A stretch of DNA of 63,338 nucleotides from Planctomycetota bacterium (GTDB taxonomy: Bacteria > Planctomycetota > JACQVX01): assembly GCA_016209495.1 (NCBI GenBank), contig JACQVX010000237.1:1-63338 (forward strand), given 5' to 3'. Made by a program: the position numbers and the translations under genes. The notes below the pieces were generated by a model. The model did no database searches, was not told the origin of the DNA, and worked only from the letters and a program-made list of their open reading frames with translations. Of this stretch, positions 54,382-60,609 are shown piece after piece (the first letter of the stretch is position 1; each line of letters begins with the position of its first letter).

Positions 54382-56353
54382 GGCGGAGGTGCTCCTCGGG
54401 GCCCGCCGCGCCCGCCGGGCCGGCCTCGCCCTGGCCGCCGCGGCCGCGGGGGGGCTCCTCGCGCTCCTGGCGTCGGTCGGGGGGGCTCTCGCCGTCCTCG
54501 TGCCCCTGGCGCTCGCCCCCTTCGCCGGTCCGGGCCTCGTGCTCGCGTGGCGCCAGGGCGTCCTGGGGCGGCCCGACGCGACGGCCTGCCTCCTCGTCGC
54601 GGGACTGCCCCTCGGGGTCATCCCCTGCGCCCTCGTCGCCTCCTGGCGGGGGGTGGACCCCGCGGCCCTCTGGGGCGTCCTGGCGGCCGTCTCGGGGGCC
54701 CTGGCCCTGGTACCGCCCGGGCCTCTGGCTCTCGCCCGGTGGCGGCCCTCGGACTCGCTCCTCCTGGGCGCGGCGCTGGCCTTCACGGTGGCGGTGGTGG
54801 CATGGCCGATCCTGCGGGTGGAATCCCTGACGGAACGGGGCATCGCCTACACGGCCTACTTCGACCTCGACATGCTGCAGCACATGGCCGTGGCGGGCGC
54901 GGTGGCCCGCGGCGTCCCGCCGGAGAACCCCTACGTGGCGGGCGTGGCCCTGCACTACTACTGGCTCTTCCACCTCGTCCCGGCCCTGGGCTGGAAGGCC
55001 CTGGGGGGCGCGGTGTCCCTCAGGGCCGTCTTCCACGGGGCAAGCACCCTGGTGGCCCTGCTCTTCGTCACGGCCCTCTACGCGGTGGTGAGGGGCTACG
55101 CCTCACGGGCCGGGGCGCGGGCCCTGGGCCTGGTGCTCCCCCTGGCCGCCTACTCCTACAACGACCTCTTCGTGGCCCTGCGCCCGCTCGCGGAGCGGTT
55201 CCTGGGCGACCTGGCCCGGGTGAGCTCCTCCGGGGTGGACGGGCCGGTCTCCATCTCCCCCCTCTCCCACGGTTACCTCCGGGACTTCCTCTACGAGCCG
55301 CACGCCCTGGTGGCCGCCGGCCTCGGTGTGGCGGCCCTGTGGTGGGTGCGCTCGGCGCGCTCGGGCCCCTGGCCCGCGGCGCTGGCCTCGGTCCTGGGGG
55401 TAGGATTCGACGCCTTCGTGGGCGCCATCCTCGGTCTCTGGGCCCTGGGTCTGGCCCTCCTGGAGCCACGCGAGACGCGCGGACGCGGCCTGGCGGCCAC
55501 CGGCGCGATCCTCGGGGCGGGGGCCGCCCTCACCGTGGCCGCCGGCCTCGTGGGCGGCGGGACGGGGGGGGTGCGGCTCGCCCCCTATCTCAAGCTCATG
55601 GCCCTCGCCCCCGCCTACCTCCCCCTGGAGTACGGGCCCATGGCCCTGCTCGGTGCGGCGGGGGGGTGGTGGGCCTGGCGCGAGCGCGGCCGGCCTGGCG
55701 TCACCGCGGCGCTGGCCCTGGTCGGGGTGGCGGTGGGGTGCCAGTTCCTCCTGGGCATCGACGGGGAGGAGCACATGTTCGTCCGCAAGGGCGTGAAGGT
55801 CGCTGCGGTGGGGTTCGTGGCCCTCGCGGTCCTCGCGGCCGAGCGTCTGCTCGCGCGGCCAGGGCCCAAGGCAGGCGTGGCCCTCGCGGCGGCCCTGCTC
55901 GTGGCGCTGCCCACGCTGGCCATCGACGTTCGGTGCCATGGGGCCGTCGAGGACCCGACCCGCACCACCTACCTGGACGCGCGGGACCTGGCCGCCTGCC
56001 GGTGGCTCGAGGCCCATGCGCCGCCCGGGGCGATCGTCCTCGCCCCGCCGGGCCGGGACGACTACTCGCTCGTGCCCACCTTCGCGCTGCGCACCCTCTA
56101 CGTGGGGAACCGCCACCACGCGACGCTCTTCCGCAACGAGCCCGCCGAGGCGCTGCGGAGGACCCGCGAGGTGGAGGCCTTCTACCGGAGGCCCGAGGCG
56201 GGCTTCGCGGCCGCCCGGGGCATCCGCTACGTGCTGGCGGATTCCCTGGCGGCACGGCGCTACCCGGAGGGGGTCGCGGCGCTGGCGGCCCTGGAAGGGC
56301 TGCGGGCCGTCTTCGAGGCCGAGGGCGTGACGGTCTACGAGGTGGGCTCGTGA
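54368..56353 (+). CDS. 661-aa polytopic membrane protein with C-terminal soluble domain (family not recognised, GT-C-like topology)
   Basis: GTG at 54368, 14-nt overlap upstream. More than 10 hydrophobic segments. Loop motif GVPPENPYVAGVALHYYWLFHLV. The C-terminal roughly 130 aa is soluble (TYLDARDLAACRWLEAHAPPGAIVLAP...). Confidence 0.6.
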   Translation: MGRPRAEVLLGARRARRAGLALAAAAAGGLLALLASVGGALAVLVPLALAPFAGPGLVLAWRQGVLGRPDATACLLVAGLPLGVIPCALVASWRGVDPAALWGVLAAVSGALALVPPGPLALARWRPSDSLLLGAALAFTVAVVAWPILRVESLTERGIAYTAYFDLDMLQHMAVAGAVARGVPPENPYVAGVALHYYWLFHLVPALGWKALGGAVSLRAVFHGASTLVALLFVTALYAVVRGYASRAGARALGLVLPLAAYSYNDLFVALRPLAERFLGDLARVSSSGVDGPVSISPLSHGYLRDFLYEPHALVAAGLGVAALWWVRSARSGPWPAALASVLGVGFDAFVGAILGLWALGLALLEPRETRGRGLAATGAILGAGAALTVAAGLVGGGTGGVRLAPYLKLMALAPAYLPLEYGPMALLGAAGGWWAWRERGRPGVTAALALVGVAVGCQFLLGIDGEEHMFVRKGVKVAAVGFVALAVLAAERLLARPGPKAGVALAAALLVALPTLAIDVRCHGAVEDPTRTTYLDARDLAACRWLEAHAPPGAIVLAPPGRDDYSLVPTFALRTLYVGNRHHATLFRNEPAEALRRTREVEAFYRRPEAGFAAARGIRYVLADSLAARRYPEGVAALAALEGLRAVFEAEGVTVYEVGS

Positions 56354-57141
56354 GCCAGCTCCCGGTGCTCTGCTATCACGCCGTCGTGGACCGCGGGATG
56401 CCGCGGGGTCTCCTGCCCCGTGGGGCGCGCGGATACGCGGTGGAGCGCGTGGAGCTCGAGCGGCAGCTCCGGACCCTGCTCCGGGAGGGATTCCGGCCGG
56501 TGGAGGGGGAGCGGCTCGCGGCGGTGGCCGCGGGCGAATCGTCGGTCCCCCCGCGCGCCTTCGCCCTGACCCTGGACGACGCCCTCCCCCACCACGCGGC
56601 CATCGCGGCCCGGGTGCTGGAGGGCCTCGGGGTGCGGGCGACCTTCTTCATCGACACGGAGGGCGTCGGGCGGTCGGGGCGGGCCTCCTGGGACCAGGTG
56701 CGCTCGCTGGCCTGCCTCGGGCACTGCATCGGCTCCCACGGGCTCACGCACCGTTTCCTGCCCGGCATGGCGGTGGCGGAGGGCACGCGGGAGCTGGTCC
56801 ATTCGCGCGCCGTCCTGGAGGCCCACGTCGGGCGCCCCGTGGAGCTCTTTGCCGCCCCCGGCGGACGCCACGACGGGGCCGCCCTGGCGGGGGCGCGCCA
56901 GGCGGGCTACCGGGCCTTCTTCACCACCCGCCCCGGGACCAACGAGGCCCCCACGGGGCGCTTCGCCTGGGAGCGGCTCGTGGTACGCGCGGGGACCGGA
57001 GCGGACCGGCTCCTCCGGCTCGTCGCCGGCGAGGCGCGCGAGCTGGCGCGCGAGCGGCTCTCCCACGGGGTGCGCGCCATGGCCCGCGGCCTGCTCGGGG
57101 ACGCAAGCTACGACGCCCTCCAGAGGGTGCTACGGCCATGA
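56350..57141 (+). CDS. Polysaccharide deacetylase (CE4 / NodB homology domain)
   Basis: Real part of ORF 54547..57141, from the GTG at 56350 (GTGA overlap). LTLDDALPHH (the DD metal motif region), IGSHGLTHRF (HxxxH), ELFAAPGGR. Confidence 0.8.
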   Translation: MSQLPVLCYHAVVDRGMPRGLLPRGARGYAVERVELERQLRTLLREGFRPVEGERLAAVAAGESSVPPRAFALTLDDALPHHAAIAARVLEGLGVRATFFIDTEGVGRSGRASWDQVRSLACLGHCIGSHGLTHRFLPGMAVAEGTRELVHSRAVLEAHVGRPVELFAAPGGRHDGAALAGARQAGYRAFFTTRPGTNEAPTGRFAWERLVVRAGTGADRLLRLVAGEARELARERLSHGVRAMARGLLGDASYDALQRVLRP

Positions 57142-58634
57142 CGCCTCCGCTCGTGGCTCGCGAGGTGGAGACGGGGCGGCCGGCAGCGCCCCCGGACCCC
57201 AGGGCCCGCCGTGCGCGAGCGGCGCCGCGGTCGGTCTTCTGGGGGACCTGGCCCGCCTGTCTGGCCATGGTCCTGGACGTGGTCCTCTTCCACCTGGGGG
57301 TCTGGCTGGCCTACCAGGTCCGGTTCCTGGGCCGGCCCCTGGGCGCGAACCTCTGGGGCATGGAGAACCTCACCTCCTTCCTCGTGATGATCCCGCTGGT
57401 CTGCTACTACGTGGCCGACCTGCACCGGTTCCGGTGGTGGGAGGCCAAGGTGGAGGACTTCACCGTGGTCTTCCGCGCCGTGGCCATGGCGACCATGGTC
57501 CTCCTGGTGGTGAGCTACGTGTTCCGCGCCGAGAAGGCGGCCGTGACGCAGACCGTCACGGGCATACCGACGATGGTGATCTTCCTCTCCTTCCTGCTCA
57601 ACGCCGCCGGGGCCTCCGGCTGGAGGCTGGTCCTGCGCTCCGTGCGCCTGGCGAGGCAGGGGCGGCGCGGAGAACAGCGGCGATACCTCCTCGTGGGCGT
57701 GGACGACAGCGAGCGGGAGGTGATCCAGAAGATCCGGGAGGACCTGGTCCCGTCGCAGCGCATCGTGGGCTATCTGGACGGCGCCGACGGCTGCGCCGAG
57801 ACCCTCCCGGAGGTCCCGCACCTGGGGCCCCACAGCCGGATCCGCGAGACCCTGGCCCGGGTCCCGGTGGACGGGGTCCTCATCATCGCGGCGGGACTGC
57901 GCTACCACGAGACCTTGGAGATCGTGCGCTCCTGCGAGGAACAGGGGGTGCCCTACCGGATCATCGCAGGGATGCTGGACATGCTGACGAGCGGGTCCCG
58001 GATCGACCTCCTGGGCTACACGCCGACCATCCACTTCGGCCGGCTGGGCATCGAGGGCTACGACGCCCTCTGCAAGCGCGTCCTGGACGTGGTGGCGGCC
58101 GGGGCCCTGGGCGCCGCCTTCCTGCCCCTGTGGGCGCTCATCGTGGTGGCCATACGGCTGGACTCTCGAGGGCCGGCCCTGTTCCGGCAGGTGCGGGTGG
58201 GCCGCCTGGGGCGGTCGTTCCGGATCTGGAAGTTCCGCACCATGGTCCAGGGGGCGGAGAGGCTCGGGGCCCTGACCCGTGCGGACGACCCCCGGGTGAC
58301 CCGGGTCGGCCGCCTCCTCCGGAGGACCTCCCTGGACGAGCTGCCCCAGCTCCTGAACGTCCTCGTGGGGGACATGAGCCTGGTGGGCCCGCGGGCGGTG
58401 GTGCCCTACGTGGCGGATGCCTTCCGGCCCGTGGAGCGGCTCACCCTGAACGTCCTGCCGGGGATGACGGGCCTCGCCCAGGTGAGCGGCCGCGACGAGC
58501 TGGGATTCCGGGACAAGGCCATGCTCAACCTCTATTACATCCGGAACTACTCGCTCATCCTCGACCTCAAGATCCTTGCCCGGACGCTCCTGGTGGTGTT
58601 CCGGGGCGAGGGGACCAACGGGACGCGGACGTGA
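57138..58634 (+). CDS. Polyprenyl-phosphate sugar-phosphate transferase (WbaP/EpsZ-type initiating enzyme)
   Basis: 498 aa with N-terminal TM bundle, central CoA_binding_3-like domain and C-terminal Bac_transf domain: KRVLDVVAAGALGAAFLPLWALIVVAIRLDSRGPALFRQVRVGRLGRSFRIWKFRTM...LDELPQLLNVLVGDMSLVGPR. Confidence 0.9.
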   Translation: MTPPLVAREVETGRPAAPPDPRARRARAAPRSVFWGTWPACLAMVLDVVLFHLGVWLAYQVRFLGRPLGANLWGMENLTSFLVMIPLVCYYVADLHRFRWWEAKVEDFTVVFRAVAMATMVLLVVSYVFRAEKAAVTQTVTGIPTMVIFLSFLLNAAGASGWRLVLRSVRLARQGRRGEQRRYLLVGVDDSEREVIQKIREDLVPSQRIVGYLDGADGCAETLPEVPHLGPHSRIRETLARVPVDGVLIIAAGLRYHETLEIVRSCEEQGVPYRIIAGMLDMLTSGSRIDLLGYTPTIHFGRLGIEGYDALCKRVLDVVAAGALGAAFLPLWALIVVAIRLDSRGPALFRQVRVGRLGRSFRIWKFRTMVQGAERLGALTRADDPRVTRVGRLLRRTSLDELPQLLNVLVGDMSLVGPRAVVPYVADAFRPVERLTLNVLPGMTGLAQVSGRDELGFRDKAMLNLYYIRNYSLILDLKILARTLLVVFRGEGTNGTRT

Positions 58635-59740
58635 CCGGGCTGTTCTGGGGGTCGGTGGGGCTGCTGGCCTGGACCTGGTTGGGATACCCGGCGTGGCTCT
58701 GGCTCTCCGCGCGGCTCCGGCCCCCTCTTCGGCGGCCGACGCCCGTGAGCGGCGAGGCGCTCCCCTCGCTCTCCGTGCTGCTCGTGGCGCACGACGAGCG
58801 CTCGCGCGCCCCCGAGAAGCTGCGGGAGTTGCTCGCGCTGGACTATCCCCCGGACCGGCTGGAGGTGGTCGTGGCCTCGGACGGCTCGACGGACGGGACC
58901 GTCGAGGCCCTGGCCCCCCTGGCCCGGCACCCCGGGGTGAGGCTCCATGCCTTCCCGTACCGCCGGGGGAAGGCGGCGGTGCTGAACGAGGTCGTCCCGG
59001 GGCTCGCCGGGGAGGTGGTGGTGCTCGTGGACGCGCGCCAACGAGTGGAGCCCGGTGCGGCGCGGGAGCTGGCGCGGCGCTTCGCCGACCCCGCCGTGGG
59101 GGCGGTGAGCGGGGAGCTCGTCCTCGAGGGGGCATCGGGCGTGGGGGCCTACTGGCGCTACGAGAAGGCGGTGAGGCGCCTGGAGTCCGAGACCGGGCTC
59201 GTCCTGGGCCTCACGGGGGCCCTCTCGGCGGTGCGGCGGTCGGCCTTCCAGCCCCTGCCGGAGGACGCCATCCTGGACGACGTGGTCCTGCCGCTCTCCC
59301 TGGGGGCGCGCGGCTACCGGGTCCTCTTCGAGCCCGGGGCGAGGGCCCACGACCGGGCGGCCACCGCCGCGAGGGAATACCGCCGGAAGGTGCGCACCCT
59401 CGCGGGCAACTTCCAGGTCCTGTTCTCGCCCCGCCGCTACGGCGGGGCGCTGCACCCGCGGGTCGCCTTCCGCTTCCTCTCCCACAAGGCGCTGCGTCTC
59501 CTCGCGCCCCTGGCCCTGGCCGGCGCCCTGATGGGGGCGGCCCTCGCGGAGGGGGCGGCCTACCAGGCCGCGTTCGGGGCCCAGTGCGTGCTCTACGTCC
59601 TGGCTGCCGCGGGCGCCCTGCTGGGACGGGCGGCCCCGCGGGCCTGCGAGGCCGCCTGCGCCTTCGTCCTGCTCCACGCCGCGGTCGTCGCGGGCCTCGT
59701 CGGGTACCTGAGCGGTCGGCAGACCGTGCGGTGGGAGTGA
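58631..59740 (+). CDS. Membrane-embedded GT2 glycosyltransferase (TM helices on both sides of the catalytic domain)
   Basis: Real part of ORF 56849..59740, from the GTG at 58631 (GTGA overlap). N-terminal TM LFWGSVGLLAWTWLGYPAWLWL, then LSVLLVAHDE, ASDGSTDGT, VLVDAR. The C-terminal hydrophobic region follows REYRRKVRTLAGNFQ. Confidence 0.8.
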   Translation: MTGLFWGSVGLLAWTWLGYPAWLWLSARLRPPLRRPTPVSGEALPSLSVLLVAHDERSRAPEKLRELLALDYPPDRLEVVVASDGSTDGTVEALAPLARHPGVRLHAFPYRRGKAAVLNEVVPGLAGEVVVLVDARQRVEPGAARELARRFADPAVGAVSGELVLEGASGVGAYWRYEKAVRRLESETGLVLGLTGALSAVRRSAFQPLPEDAILDDVVLPLSLGARGYRVLFEPGARAHDRAATAAREYRRKVRTLAGNFQVLFSPRRYGGALHPRVAFRFLSHKALRLLAPLALAGALMGAALAEGAAYQAAFGAQCVLYVLAAAGALLGRAAPRACEAACAFVLLHAAVVAGLVGYLSGRQTVRWE

Positions 59741-59749
59741 GGGGGGGGC

Positions 59750-59790
59750 TTGACGGGCGGGGTGACGTTGCATAGAGTTATTGTATATAC
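59750..59790 (+). promoter_or_regulatory. Candidate mazEF promoter plus palindromic operator
   Basis: TTGACG (59750-59755), exactly 17 nt, TAGAGT (59773-59778). The perfect 8-bp palindrome GTATATAC lies at 59783-59790, just downstream. SD GAGAGG (59795-59800) precedes the ATG at 59806. Confidence 0.5.
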
Positions 59791-59805
59791 GGACGAGAGG
59801 ACCCC

Positions 59806-60048
59806 ATGCAGACCAAGGTTCGAATGTGGGGGAACAGCCTGGCGTTGCGAATCCCGCGGTCGTTCGCGATCGAGGCCCAGGTCGAGGACGGGGCCACGGT
59901 GGAACTCTCCGTCGAGGACGGCACCCTCCGGGTGCGCCGGCACCGCCCCAGGACCCAGAGACTCAGCCAGCTCATGCGCAAGGTGACGCCGAGGAACCTA
60001 CACGCCGAGGTAGCGACCGGGACCAGGGTCGGGCGCGAGGCGTGGTAG
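59806..60048 (+). CDS. mazE: MazE antitoxin (AbrB/SpoVT swapped-hairpin fold)
   Basis: 80 aa. VRMWGNSLALRIPRSF ... LSQLMRKVTPRNLHAEVATGTRVGREAW is collinear by eye with E. coli MazE (VKRWGNSPAVRIP ... [21 protein letters not shown]). Confidence 0.9.
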   Translation: MQTKVRMWGNSLALRIPRSFAIEAQVEDGATVELSVEDGTLRVRRHRPRTQRLSQLMRKVTPRNLHAEVATGTRVGREAW

Positions 60049-60401
60049 TGGGGGCGTCGTATGTCCCCGAGCGCGGAGACCTCGTATGGCTCCAGTTCGA
60101 TCCCCAGGCGGGCCATGAACAGGCAGGTCCACGTCCCGCCCTGGTGATCTCTCCGGGCTCCTACAACCGTCGGGTCGGCCTGGCGCTATGCTGTCCCGTG
60201 ACCTCAAGAGTGAAGGGATATCCCTTCGAAGTGGTCCTGCCGCAGGGCCTGGGTGCAGAGGGGGCCGTCTTGTCCGACCAGCTCAAGAACCTGGACTGGC
60301 GGGTGCGGAAGGCCCGGCGCATGGGCCGTGTGCCCGCCGAGGTGCTGCAAGAGGCCGTGGGCAAGATCCTCGCCCTGGTCGATCCGGAGGGGACTCGCTG
60401 A
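60042..60401 (+). CDS. mazF: MazF/PemK family endoribonuclease toxin
   Basis: Real part of ORF 59781..60401. In-frame GTG at 60042 or 60048, overlapping the mazE stop. YVPERGDLVWLQFDPQAGHEQAGPRPALVISPGSYNRRVGLALCCPVTSRVKGYPFEVVL closely parallels E. coli MazF (YVPDMGDLIWVDFDPTKGSEQAGHRPAVVLSP...SKGYPFEVVL). Confidence 0.9.
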   Translation: MVVGASYVPERGDLVWLQFDPQAGHEQAGPRPALVISPGSYNRRVGLALCCPVTSRVKGYPFEVVLPQGLGAEGAVLSDQLKNLDWRVRKARRMGRVPAEVLQEAVGKILALVDPEGTR

Positions 60402-60403
60402 CA

Positions 60404-60427
60404 CAGGCCCTCCGGACCTTGGGCCTG
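60404..60427 (+). terminator. Hairpin just after mazF (possible terminator, no U-tract)
   Basis: CAGGCCC (60404-60410), 10-nt loop, GGGCCTG (60421-60427), starting 3 nt after the mazF stop. No T-run follows. Confidence 0.25.
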
Positions 60428-60609
60428 GAGTAGAACAGGTCCGTCGCCAGCCGGGGAGCGACCCGGATCGAGGCGGGGCCCCGGGGGGAGAGCCGGCAGG
60501 CCCCATGACCGGTAGGTTCCCATGCGTTCGCCGGGCTTGGGCCACGATCTTGCCTATCCTGCATTCAAGCCCATGCCCGGGATGCATCGATAGATCGATC
60601 AGAGACAGA

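Noticed and set aside
51753-54843. Very long alternative-frame ORFs (51753..54830 plus strand, 52033..54843 minus strand, 53936..55036 minus strand) across the GT4-GT4 and membrane-protein genes
   Set aside because: No recognisable domains and extreme Arg/Gly/Pro content. The chosen frames carry GT4 motifs and hydrophobic TM helices and are linked by start-stop overlaps.
59817-59825. GGTTCGAAT, the classic tRNA T-arm motif
   Set aside because: It lies inside the mazE reading frame (K-V-R-M), with no acceptor or anticodon stems around it. Coincidental.
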